Origin: a virus
Taxonomy: Duplodnaviria; Caudoviricetes
Reading direction: 5' to 3' (one strand)
Length of the DNA: 41,076 nucleotides
IMG/VR virus record: IMGVR_UViG_3300037863_000259
Span: 1 to 41,076 of that record
Part shown: in pieces, positions 1-9,027 of the stretch
How positions within the stretch are numbered: position 1 is the first letter of the stretch
Layout of the letters: every line of letters begins with the position of its first letter
The notes under the pieces: generated by a model
What the model saw: the letters and a program-made list of their open reading frames with translations, nothing else
Told to the model about the DNA's origin: nothing
Database searches by the model: none
Translations under genes and position numbers: made by a program

Positions 1-36
1 CGGAGACTGATTTTCGCCAATCCCGCAGTCTCCGAG
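1..36. repeat. Inverted repeat CGGAGACTG (1-9) / CAGTCTCCG (26-34), extendable across the window end
   Basis: Direct reading; the last bases of the window (..GAACT) extend the left arm to match CAGTCTCCGAG(G)TTC at 26-40. Confidence 0.7.
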
Positions 37-121
37 GTTCGGATGGTATCCGGAAAATGGCGCGATTACTGGGGGCTTTGCGCCCTGCGACGGGCCATCT
101 CATTGGTTCGCATAGAGATGT

Positions 122-154
122 TGGCGGTGGAGGAGAGCCTGAAGGCGAACTCTC
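122..154 (-). other. tRNA 3'-half-like sequence, candidate att site or remnant
   Basis: Minus strand reads GAGAG-TTCGCCTTCAGG-CTCTC-CTCCACC-G-CCA: 5-bp T-stem, loop starting TTCG, 7-nt acceptor strand, discriminator G, CCA. Confidence 0.5.
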
Positions 155-185
155 GACGCATAGCTCCAAAAGACCCTCAGCGCCA

Positions 186-215
186 TTGACAACGTCAGGA
201 AAATGGGAATATAAA
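186..215 (+). promoter_or_regulatory. Sigma70-type promoter of the defence operon
   Basis: TTGACA (186-191), 18-nt spacer, TATAAA (210-215), upstream of the WYL ATG at 261; small palindrome TGAC-AAC-GTCA (187-197) overlaps the -35. Confidence 0.65.
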
Positions 216-260
216 CGCGACGAATAAAGAAACACATCTAATTTGCAGGGGCGAAGTTCG

Positions 261-1133
261 ATGACCGACCTGGTCACAAAAGGATTCCGATGGGGTGTCG
301 AGCGCCGGCTCGAATTCGTCGAATCTCGCTTATTCTGGGAGGGCGGCGTCAACCGGTCAGATATCGTAGACGAGTTTGGCGTGTCGGTTCCCCAGGCATC
401 CAAGGACCTCGCGCTATATCAGGAACAGGCACCCGCAAATATCGTCTATGACCGCAGCGAAAAGCGATACTTCGCGTCTGCTGCCTTTCGCCCGAAATTT
501 ATTGAACTCGACGCCGCAGCCTATTTGAATCGCTTAGCGCCAACCAAGGCGACTGGCGTCGATCGCGACGGCGACGCCCACGCCACGCTCCTTGCCGACA
601 GGCTGCCTATTCCTCAGCGGCGCATCGAATCCAACTCACTTCGGAGCTTGCTGGCGGCCGTGCGTGGAAATCGCTCGATCGAGATTTTGTATCAGTCGAT
701 GAGTCAGGCACGTCCGGAACCTCTTTGGAGGCGGATGTCGCCTCACGCTTTTGCAAGCGATGGGCTTCGCTGGCACGCACGGGCCTATTGCCATATCGAC
801 CAAAAATTCAAGGACTTCATTCTATCACGCTGCCTTGATTGCCGAGGTCTTAGCGAAGCAGGAAGCTTTCCTGGATCTGACGAGCTTTGGAATTCGCTTT
901 TCCAGGTTGTCTTGATCCCGAATCCGGCACTGACGCCGGGCCGACAGGAGGTTGTCGCCCAGGACTTCGCCATGGTGGGTGGGCGCGTTGTCGTGCCGGT
1001 GCGCCGCGCCATGCTGTATTATTTCGGCAAGAGGTTGCGCCTGGATCTGGCGTCAAATGATCCGAGAGAAACTCCGGTTGTCGTTTCCAATCGCAAGGAG
1101 TTTGACTCCGCCCTTTCGGAGGCGATGCGATGA
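261..1133 (+). CDS. WYL-domain transcriptional regulator (CapW/BrxR-like; wHTH-WYL-WCX)
   Basis: N-terminal RWGVERRLEF..LFWEG.VNRSD...QASKDL..Y; WYL core YQSMS..RRMSPHAF..DGLRWHARAYC..FKDFILSR; ATG 261 preferred over TTG 243; first gene of a defence operon. Confidence 0.9.
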   Translation: MTDLVTKGFRWGVERRLEFVESRLFWEGGVNRSDIVDEFGVSVPQASKDLALYQEQAPANIVYDRSEKRYFASAAFRPKFIELDAAAYLNRLAPTKATGVDRDGDAHATLLADRLPIPQRRIESNSLRSLLAAVRGNRSIEILYQSMSQARPEPLWRRMSPHAFASDGLRWHARAYCHIDQKFKDFILSRCLDCRGLSEAGSFPGSDELWNSLFQVVLIPNPALTPGRQEVVAQDFAMVGGRVVVPVRRAMLYYFGKRLRLDLASNDPRETPVVVSNRKEFDSALSEAMR

Positions 1134-4100
1134 AATCCCGAAACTTCGAAATCCTTCGCGGAGGTTGGCCTGAACTCGCATCGCTTGGCGGCTTTGCCGA
1201 GGCGTATGCTCATGATGACCCAGCGAGTGCCCTCGTGAAGCTGCGGTTGTTTGCGGAGAATCTCACCAAGGACATTTATCGTGACTTGGGGCTACCCAAG
1301 CCCGAGCACGCTACCTTTGTCGATCTGCTGGGCAATTCGTCCTTTTCTGCCATCACGCCGAAGGTAGTCCTCGACAAGCTTCAAGCGCTTCGAATTCACG
1401 GCAACAAAGCCGCCCACGGCGAGCCGGCGACGGTTCGAACCGCGCTCTGGCTAATTCAAGAAGCTTTTGACCTTGGCCGGTGGCTTTTCGTTCAGTTCGC
1501 TAAAGGCGATGCAGCTGCCATCCCGGCTTTTGTGAAACCACTGGCGGAAGCTGTCGATGAAAGCAAAGGTCAGCTAAAGCGCGAAAAGCGCCAGGTCCTA
1601 GAAAAGCTGGCCGCGCAGGAAGCACAGATGGAAGCGCTTCTCATTGAACTGGACGCGGCGCGTGAAGCCACCGTGACAGCGGAAAAGAAGGCTGAAGAGA
1701 TCCATTCACTAGCGTCATCCGGCGCGGCAACGGCAAACCTGCTGGCGTTCAATGAGGCGACGACCCGTTCCCGTATCATTGACAGCCTGATTGCCACGGC
1801 CAACTGGAACGTTGGCCTCGGGAACGCCAGTACGGCGGAGGTTGGCAAGGAGGTTGAGGTCAAACATCAGCCCACTACGTCGGGCCTTGGCTATGCCGAC
1901 TATGTCCTCTGGGATGACAACGGGAATCCTCTGGCGGTCATCGAAGCCAAGAAGACTGCTGTGGACCCGGAGCGGGGAAGGCAACAGGCGAAGCTTTATG
2001 CCGACGGCCTTGAGAAGATGCACGGACAACGCCCGGTCATCTTCTACACCAATGGCTACGACATTTGGATGTGGGACGACGCTCTGGGTTATCCGCCCCG
2101 GAAAGTGTTCGGCTACTATTCAAAAGATAGCTTGCAGTATCTCGTGAATTTTCAGCGGGCGGGCAGGAAGCCGCTCAACTCGCTTGAGCCCAATGTCGCT
2201 ATCGTCAATCGTCTTTATCAGATCGAAGCGATCAAGCGTGTCTCCGAGCGGTTCACAGATAGTCATCGCAAAGCGCTGGTCGTTCAAGCAACTGGTACCG
2301 GCAAGACCCGCGTTGCAATAGCCCTGGCGGAATTGCTCATTCGCGCCGGCTGGGTCAAGCGGGTCTTGTTCCTTTGCGATCGTCGTGAATTGCGCAAGCA
2401 GGCCAAAAACGCTTTCGGCGATTTCCTGTCTGAGCCCATTCGCATCGTTAGCTCGCGCGTGAACCAATCGGCGAGCGAACGGATATTCCTCGCGACCTAT
2501 CCCGCCATGCAGAAGGTCTATCAGTCCTTCGACGTTGGGTTCTTCGATCTGATCATTGCCGACGAGTCGCATCGAAGCATCTACAATGTTTACGGCGACA
2601 TGTTTCACTACTTCGACTGCCTTCAGATCGGCTTAACCGCGACGCCGATCGATTTCGTTTCACGTAACACGTTCAGCCTTTTCGGGTGCGAAGGGCAGCT
2701 GCCGACAGCGAACTACGATCTTGAACAGGCAGTTCAGGATGGGTTCCTTACGCCGTTTGAAGTTTTCGAGCATACGACCCAGTTCCTCCGCGAGGGGATC
2801 AGGCTCGACATCCTGACAAAAGAGCAGATCCAGGAGCTCGAGGAGCAGGGCGAGGACCCGGCACAGTACGATTTCTCATCAGAACAAATCGACAAAATTA
2901 TCTACAACAAAGACACCAACCGCGCAATCCTTCGCAACCTGATGGAGAACGGGCTGCGTGACGCCACTGGCCAGCTTCCAGGCAAAAGCATCATCTTCGC
3001 GCGAAACCACCAACATGCTGTGCTCATGCGGCAGATGTTCGATGAGATGTATCCGCAGTACGGCGGACGCTTCTGTCAGGTCATCGACAACTACGACCCA
3101 CGCGCAGAGCAGCTGATCGACGATTTCAAGGGTGACGGTGCAAACTCTGAGCTCACAATCGCGATCTCGGTCGATATGCTCGATACCGGCATCGACATCC
3201 CCGAGATCCTGAACCTTGTCTTCGCCAAACCAGTCCGTTCGCCTGTCAAGTTCTGGCAGATGATCGGGCGCGGAACACGCCTGAAGCCCGATTTGTTCGG
3301 GCCGGGCAAGGACAAGAAAATCTTTCGGATATTCGATCACTGGGGGAACTTCGAACGCTTTGAAATGGGTTACCGGCCGGCCGAGCCGGCTCAGTCGAAG
3401 CCCCTGCTCCAGTTGGTATTCGAGGAACGCGTGCTGCTCGCCGAGACGGCGCTTCGAATGAGCGAAGTTGCGATCTTCGACCAGGTGATAGAGCTCATTG
3501 CGAAAGACATCGAAGCACTGCCCGAGGATTCTGTATCGGTCCGCGAAAAGTGGCGTGAGAAGCGCGCTGTGGCCGTTCCGGCGACGCTCAAAGCCTTTGC
3601 GCCCGCGACCGTTGCGATGCTCCGGCAGCTCATCGCACCCCTCATGCAATGGCGAAACGTTCGCGGATTGAGCGATGCCTACGCGCTGGATCTCTTGATG
3701 GCGCGCGCCCAGATCGCAGTGCTTCGAAAGTCTGCAGACGTAGCCGACCTGAAAATCGATCTACTCGATCGGCTCTCGGCGCTTCTGATGCACCTCAACC
3801 CGGTTCGGGAAAAGGCAGAGGTCATCAAGCGGGTCAAAACCGACGAGTTCTGGAACGGCTTAACCGTCGCCGATCTGGAATCGGTGCGCAAGCCGCTCCG
3901 GGAAATCATGCATCATCGCGACCGGCAGGGTGCCACGCCGCTGCCGGCGAAGATCATCGACGTGACGGAAGATGCCACTGGCTTCCAGACAAATCGTCGG
4001 ACGACGAGTCTGAAGACTGTCGACATGAAGGCATACCAGCAGATCGTCGAGGCCGAGTTGAAGCGGCACTTCGATACGAACACGACCCTGAAAAAGATTC

Positions 4101-4546
4101 GCGCGGGCGAAGCCGTTTCCGATGCCGACATCCAGGCCCTTGTTTCGCTCGTCCTGATCCAAAGCCCGAATGCGAGCCGTGACGTGCTCGAAGAGTTCTT
4201 TGCCGACACGGCGTTTCCGTTGGAATTCGCGATCCGGTCGATTGTCGGGCTCGACCCGGAGGCAGTTGCAGCAAGATTCGCGGAATTCGCGCTGCGGCAT
4301 CCCAGCCTTACGGCGAAGCAGACCCGCTTCCTCGGGCTGCTCCAAAATCACATCGCTCGGTTCGGGTCTGTTACGCTTGATCGCCTCTATGAGCAGCCGT
4401 TCACGGTCGTCGACGCTGACGGCCTGGATGGCGTCTTCGAAAAGCCGGAGGAAATCGACGATCTTCTCGACATCCTCAGCGTCTTTGCGCCGCCCACAGC
4501 GGCCAGCGCGGGCACAAAAGAATCCCCTGAATGGACGGAGAACTAA
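1130..4546 (+). CDS. hsdR: Type I restriction endonuclease subunit R with N-terminal DUF4145 (HEPN-like) domain
   Basis: Nuclease motif ADYVL..VIEAKK..QAKLY; SF2 motifs ATGTGKT, IADESHRS, GLTATP, QMIGRGTR; ATGA overlap with the WYL gene. Confidence 0.95.
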   Translation: MKSRNFEILRGGWPELASLGGFAEAYAHDDPASALVKLRLFAENLTKDIYRDLGLPKPEHATFVDLLGNSSFSAITPKVVLDKLQALRIHGNKAAHGEPATVRTALWLIQEAFDLGRWLFVQFAKGDAAAIPAFVKPLAEAVDESKGQLKREKRQVLEKLAAQEAQMEALLIELDAAREATVTAEKKAEEIHSLASSGAATANLLAFNEATTRSRIIDSLIATANWNVGLGNASTAEVGKEVEVKHQPTTSGLGYADYVLWDDNGNPLAVIEAKKTAVDPERGRQQAKLYADGLEKMHGQRPVIFYTNGYDIWMWDDALGYPPRKVFGYYSKDSLQYLVNFQRAGRKPLNSLEPNVAIVNRLYQIEAIKRVSERFTDSHRKALVVQATGTGKTRVAIALAELLIRAGWVKRVLFLCDRRELRKQAKNAFGDFLSEPIRIVSSRVNQSASERIFLATYPAMQKVYQSFDVGFFDLIIADESHRSIYNVYGDMFHYFDCLQIGLTATPIDFVSRNTFSLFGCEGQLPTANYDLEQAVQDGFLTPFEVFEHTTQFLREGIRLDILTKEQIQELEEQGEDPAQYDFSSEQIDKIIYNKDTNRAILRNLMENGLRDATGQLPGKSIIFARNHQHAVLMRQMFDEMYPQYGGRFCQVIDNYDPRAEQLIDDFKGDGANSELTIAISVDMLDTGIDIPEILNLVFAKPVRSPVKFWQMIGRGTRLKPDLFGPGKDKKIFRIFDHWGNFERFEMGYRPAEPAQSKPLLQLVFEERVLLAETALRMSEVAIFDQVIELIAKDIEALPEDSVSVREKWREKRAVAVPATLKAFAPATVAMLRQLIAPLMQWRNVRGLSDAYALDLLMARAQIAVLRKSADVADLKIDLLDRLSALLMHLNPVREKAEVIKRVKTDEFWNGLTVADLESVRKPLREIMHHRDRQGATPLPAKIIDVTEDATGFQTNRRTTSLKTVDMKAYQQIVEAELKRHFDTNTTLKKIRAGEAVSDADIQALVSLVLIQSPNASRDVLEEFFADTAFPLEFAIRSIVGLDPEAVAARFAEFALRHPSLTAKQTRFLGLLQNHIARFGSVTLDRLYEQPFTVVDADGLDGVFEKPEEIDDLLDILSVFAPPTAASAGTKESPEWTEN

Positions 4547-6070
4547 ATGATTACGGGTGATCTTAAGCGCAGGGTGGACGCTCTCTGGACGGAGTTCTGG
4601 CAGGGCGGCATCACCAACCCGTTGACCGTGATCGAGCAGATCACTTTCCTCATGTTCGCGCGCCTGCTCGACATCAACGAAACACGTGACGAGAACCGCC
4701 AGAAGCGGACGGGGAAGTCGTTTCAGCGCCGGTTTTCGGACGATGAGCAAAGCCTGCGCTGGTCGCAATTCCGGCACTTGGGCGCCGACGCCATGCTGCC
4801 TCTGGTCCGTGACAAGGTGTTCCCGCATTTCAGGAAGGCATCGACCAGCGGCACAGCCTTCGCGGAGTTCATGAAGGACGCGCTGCTGATGATCCAGAAG
4901 CCGAGCCTTCTGGTGAAGGCGGTCAACATGATCGACCAGCTGCCCCTAACCGAAGGCGACGCCAAGGGCGATCTCTATGAGTACCTCCTCAGCAAGCTGA
5001 CCACCGCGGGCATCAACGGCCAGTTCCGCACGCCGCGGCACATCATCCGGTTAATGGTCGAGATGCTTGATCCCAAGCCCACCGACGTGATCAGTGATCC
5101 GTCGTGCGGCACGGGCGGCTTCTTGGTCCAGACGATGCAATATTTGCTGGAAACCTACACCTCGCCCGAGGGCATTCTGGAGGAGACCGATCCCGAGACC
5201 GGCAAGACCGAGAAGACTTACACCGGCGATCTGCTGGAGGACCACCGCGACCATATTCGCAGCGCCATGTTCCACGGGTTCGACTTTGACGCGACCATGC
5301 TGCGCATCGCCGCCATGAATCTGATGCTCCATGGCGTCGACGATCCCGATATCCATTATCAGGACACGCTGAGTGCGGGCTTCACCGACAAGTTCCCCAA
5401 GGCGGCTGCAGAAGGTTTCGACGTGATGCTCGCCAACCCGCCGTTCAAGGGCAGCCTCGATTTCGAGGACGTTCACGCATCGCTGCTGCGTCAGGTGAAG
5501 ACCAAAAAGACGGAACTGCTGTTCCTCGTGCTGATCCTGCGCATGTTGAAGACAGGCGGGCGGTCGGCGACCGTCGTGCCGGATGGCGTGTTGTTTGGCT
5601 CGTCCACCGCCCACGTTGCGCTGCGTAAGCTGCTGCTGGATCACAACCAGCTTGAAGCGGTGATCTCGCTGCCGAGCGGTGTGTTCAAGCCCTATGCGGG
5701 GGTCAGCACCGGCATTCTGGTGTTCACCAAAGGCGGGCGCACCGACGATGTTTTCTTCTATGACGTGCAAGCGGATGGTTACTCGCTGGATGACAAGCGC
5801 GAGCCCGAGGAAGAAAACGATCTGCCGGATTGCCTAGCTTCATGGCGAAGCCGGGATTCGAAGGCCGGCGTAGACCGGACGAGGAAGGCTTTCTTTGTTA
5901 CTGCCCAAGAAGTCAGGGATGCGAACTATGACCTGTCGCTAAGCAAGTACAAAGTTCGTCCGCAAGTCGCGCAGGAGTACGAAGCACCAGCCGATATTCT
6001 GAATCGCATGAAAAAGCTGAACGACAAAATCGCGATTGAACTTGCCGAGCTAGAGGAACTAATCGGATGA
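4547..6070 (+). CDS. hsdM: Type I R-M methyltransferase subunit M (m6A)
   Basis: [12 protein letters not shown]-binding DPSCGTGGF, catalytic [13 protein letters not shown]. Confidence 0.95.
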   Translation: MITGDLKRRVDALWTEFWQGGITNPLTVIEQITFLMFARLLDINETRDENRQKRTGKSFQRRFSDDEQSLRWSQFRHLGADAMLPLVRDKVFPHFRKASTSGTAFAEFMKDALLMIQKPSLLVKAVNMIDQLPLTEGDAKGDLYEYLLSKLTTAGINGQFRTPRHIIRLMVEMLDPKPTDVISDPSCGTGGFLVQTMQYLLETYTSPEGILEETDPETGKTEKTYTGDLLEDHRDHIRSAMFHGFDFDATMLRIAAMNLMLHGVDDPDIHYQDTLSAGFTDKFPKAAAEGFDVMLANPPFKGSLDFEDVHASLLRQVKTKKTELLFLVLILRMLKTGGRSATVVPDGVLFGSSTAHVALRKLLLDHNQLEAVISLPSGVFKPYAGVSTGILVFTKGGRTDDVFFYDVQADGYSLDDKREPEEENDLPDCLASWRSRDSKAGVDRTRKAFFVTAQEVRDANYDLSLSKYKVRPQVAQEYEAPADILNRMKKLNDKIAIELAELEELIG

Positions 6071-7218
6071 ATTTTGAGCCCATTCTCAAAGTGGCGCAGA
6101 ATGTTACTGGCGGTCCGTCTTGGTTCGACGGTGAGCGACAATATTTTGCGACAGCCGATGTTGAAGGTGCGACACTACTCCAAGGGGTATCCGTAACTTT
6201 TGACAATCGACCATCGCGCGCAAACCTGGTGAGCAAGCCAGGTGACGTGCTGTTTGCAAAAATGCAGGCGACGGAAAAGGTTCTTCACATTAACGGTGAA
6301 GCGAGAGACGCAATTTTCTCTACCGGGTTTTTTAATTTGAGATCTCGGAAAGGTATGGTTCATCCGAGGTACCTATTCTGGTCTATTATGAGCGCGCATT
6401 TCCAAGCAGAAAAAAACCGTTTGTGTACTGGTGCAACACAGAAGGCGCTCACGCTTAGCGCTTTGGCGAATATTCTAATTCCGTTGCCGAACACGATTCG
6501 TGAGCAGGAGATTATCGCCGAGAATTTAGATAAGGCTGATTCAATACGAATTAAACGCCAGCAATCGCTCGCCCTTGCAGACGATTTCATTCGGTCTGTC
6601 TTTTTGGAAAAGTTCGGCGATCCGATTGTGAATGCAAAAGGCTTACCTAAGCAGCCGCTTGGCAAGTTTGGAAAGATTGTTACTGGAAATACGCCACCCC
6701 GATCTGATCCAGGAAATTTCGGCGATGCGGTAGAATGGATCAAGTCCGACAATGTCAACACAGAAGAGCATTTTTTGACCCGCGCGGCCGAAGGTCTTTC
6801 TGTGAAAGGTAAGGCGCTGGGTAGGATCGTGCCAAAAGGCTCAATCCTTGTTACTTGCATTGCCGGCAGTCCTGCAAGCATTGGCAGAGCGGCCATAGCT
6901 GATCGTTCAGTCGCGTGCAATCAACAGATAAATGCAATAACGCCCTACAAAGACGTAAATATATACTTTCTATATGCGCAATTTCTGATTGGAAAAACGC
7001 TTGTTTTGAGGTCGTCGACAAACTCCATGAAGGGAATGATTAGCAAGGGGGAATTTCAGAAAATCGAGTTCCTTCGTCCAGAGCCGAGCGAGCAAGAGAA
7101 ATTTGGGAAAGTATTTGAGAAACAGATCAAAGCTAGCAGGTTGCTGCGGGAGGCGTCGATCCAAGCGGCAGAACTTTTCAACACACTCTCGCAACGCGCC
7201 TTTCGCGGCGAACTATAG
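6067..7218 (+). CDS. hsdS: Type I R-M specificity subunit S
   Basis: Two TRDs, each followed by conserved helical spacers (IPLP..EQ.II..LDKAD.IR.KRQQ; SL..AF.GEL-like end); AT-richer than neighbours. Confidence 0.92.
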   Translation: MNFEPILKVAQNVTGGPSWFDGERQYFATADVEGATLLQGVSVTFDNRPSRANLVSKPGDVLFAKMQATEKVLHINGEARDAIFSTGFFNLRSRKGMVHPRYLFWSIMSAHFQAEKNRLCTGATQKALTLSALANILIPLPNTIREQEIIAENLDKADSIRIKRQQSLALADDFIRSVFLEKFGDPIVNAKGLPKQPLGKFGKIVTGNTPPRSDPGNFGDAVEWIKSDNVNTEEHFLTRAAEGLSVKGKALGRIVPKGSILVTCIAGSPASIGRAAIADRSVACNQQINAITPYKDVNIYFLYAQFLIGKTLVLRSSTNSMKGMISKGEFQKIEFLRPEPSEQEKFGKVFEKQIKASRLLREASIQAAELFNTLSQRAFRGEL

Positions 7219-7227
7219 GATCGCCAC

Positions 7228-9027
7228 ATGCGCCTCAGCCGGATCGAGATTGGAAACTTCAAGGGCATCAGCGCCGCACAGATCATCGATCTGAAGCCGA
7301 TCACACTGCTTTTCGGTCCCAACAGCGCCGGCAAGAGCACCATCCTTCAATCCTTGCACTATTTGCGCGAAATCCTTGAGCGCCGGAACGCCGACCCGGA
7401 CCAAACGATTGCTGGTGGGCTGATCGATCTCGGAGGCTTTGCGACACTCGTTCATGGACATGATCTCAATCGCGCGATCAGGCTCAAGGTCTGCATCGAC
7501 CTTCGGGACGACCAAGGAAGCGAGCGCCTGCCACTGAACTCCGGCGGCAGCCTAGGCGAGCCCGATTTCAGAAACCTCGGAATCCGCTACCTAGTCGGCG
7601 AGAACACGGGGCTGAAGGAGTACGCGGTCGTTCAGGACATCGCCCTGGGCCTCGAAGTTCGCTGGAGTGACTTGCTCCAGGCACCGTATATCGCGAAGGT
7701 GCTGGTGGAGATTGATGGCGCAGCGGTCGCGGAGCTTCACTCGCCCGCGCAGCACGGCCGCGCACATCTGACGGCCTTCAATTTTTCGCATCCGCTCCTG
7801 CAAGCGGCCATCGACCTGGACGACTTGATGGAGATTGTCGAAGAAGAGCTCGATGAAGTTGAACCGAGCGTTGAGGACGACTTCCTGGACGATCCCTTCT
7901 CGACGCCACTCGGCAATGAGATCTGGGAACTGTCTCGCGAAATCTCCGCGGACGCGACCGAAAACCACACGGTCGAATTCCGGATCGCTGTCGAGACGGT
8001 ACTTGGCGCGCTTCCGGACTTGGATCGACCACTCGGCCTTGATCTGGTTGAGATAGACCACAACCTCATTCGTCATCGCTTCGCCGCGGGCGCAGAGATC
8101 CCGCGCCTTAGCAAGGAATCCGAGCGCGCCGCGGCCGATGAATACGAACTTGAACGTCGCCGCAGAGCTGGCTTAAGTGCCTTGCTGGACGAGCTTGTGC
8201 TTGGGCCGATCCGCATCGTCCGCGACTACCTTAGCGCAATGACTTATGTCGGCCCGCTGCGCGAAATTCCCAGCCGAAAGTATCGCCCGCGTCTGTCTCC
8301 GGATGAATCGCGCTGGGCGCAAGGCCTTGCCGCTTGGGACCTGCTTTATACCGACCCGTCTGGCAAGCTGTTGGAAGAGGTCAACGCCTGGCTTGGCAGC
8401 GAAGAGCGGCTGAAGACTGGCTATCGCCTTGAGAAGTTCCAGTTCAAAGAGCTTCCGGTTCCCAGCCGGTTCCACCAGCTTTTTGAGCGCGGGCTTTCCG
8501 AAGACGATCTGGGCGAGCTGCAAGAGCTGTACGCGACGCTCGGCGGACGTTCTGAAATCGCCCTGCGCGACTTCGAAAAAGGAATCATCGTGGCGCCGAG
8601 CGATGTGGGTGTCGGCATATCGCAAATGATCCCGGTGATCGTCGGCTGTCTTCGAAGCCAGCAGGGCATTCTTGCGATCGAGCAGCCGGAACTGCACGTG
8701 CATCCCGCCATTCAGGTCGGCCTGGGCGATCTGTTCATCCAGGCAGTGCAGACGAGTGAAAGCATCGTCGGCGCGGGCAAGACGCTACTCGTCGAAACCC
8801 ACAGCGAACACATTATGCTGCGCCTGCTTCGGCGCATCCGCGAGAAAACTGAGAACGAGGTGCCGCCCGGCGTGATCGGTTTGTCGCCGAATGATCTCGC
8901 GGTGATTTATGTCGAGAGCAGCGATAATGGCGTGCGCTTCCGCCCGCTGCGCGTCGATCCCGAGGGAGAATTCATCGACCGTTGGCCGAAGGGCTTCTTT
9001 GAAGAACGCGCTGAGGAGCTGTTCTGA
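7228..9027 (+). CDS. ABC-superfamily (AAA_15/AAA_21-like) ATPase with DUF3696-type C-terminus
   Basis: IGNFK start, Walker A GPNSAGKST, signature VGVGISQ, Walker B/D-loop AIEQPELHVHP, H-loop VETHSEH, C-terminal DPEGEFIDRWPKGFFEE. Confidence 0.9.
   Translation: MRLSRIEIGNFKGISAAQIIDLKPITLLFGPNSAGKSTILQSLHYLREILERRNADPDQTIAGGLIDLGGFATLVHGHDLNRAIRLKVCIDLRDDQGSERLPLNSGGSLGEPDFRNLGIRYLVGENTGLKEYAVVQDIALGLEVRWSDLLQAPYIAKVLVEIDGAAVAELHSPAQHGRAHLTAFNFSHPLLQAAIDLDDLMEIVEEELDEVEPSVEDDFLDDPFSTPLGNEIWELSREISADATENHTVEFRIAVETVLGALPDLDRPLGLDLVEIDHNLIRHRFAAGAEIPRLSKESERAAADEYELERRRRAGLSALLDELVLGPIRIVRDYLSAMTYVGPLREIPSRKYRPRLSPDESRWAQGLAAWDLLYTDPSGKLLEEVNAWLGSEERLKTGYRLEKFQFKELPVPSRFHQLFERGLSEDDLGELQELYATLGGRSEIALRDFEKGIIVAPSDVGVGISQMIPVIVGCLRSQQGILAIEQPELHVHPAIQVGLGDLFIQAVQTSESIVGAGKTLLVETHSEHIMLRLLRRIREKTENEVPPGVIGLSPNDLAVIYVESSDNGVRFRPLRVDPEGEFIDRWPKGFFEERAEELF

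Noticed and set aside
122-200. Complete tRNA gene
   Set aside because: No matching 5' acceptor strand, D-arm or anticodon arm is visible, and the T-loop is 12 nt
2879-5770. Minus-strand ORFs of 256, 322 and 239 aa
   Set aside because: Shadows of hsdR and hsdM
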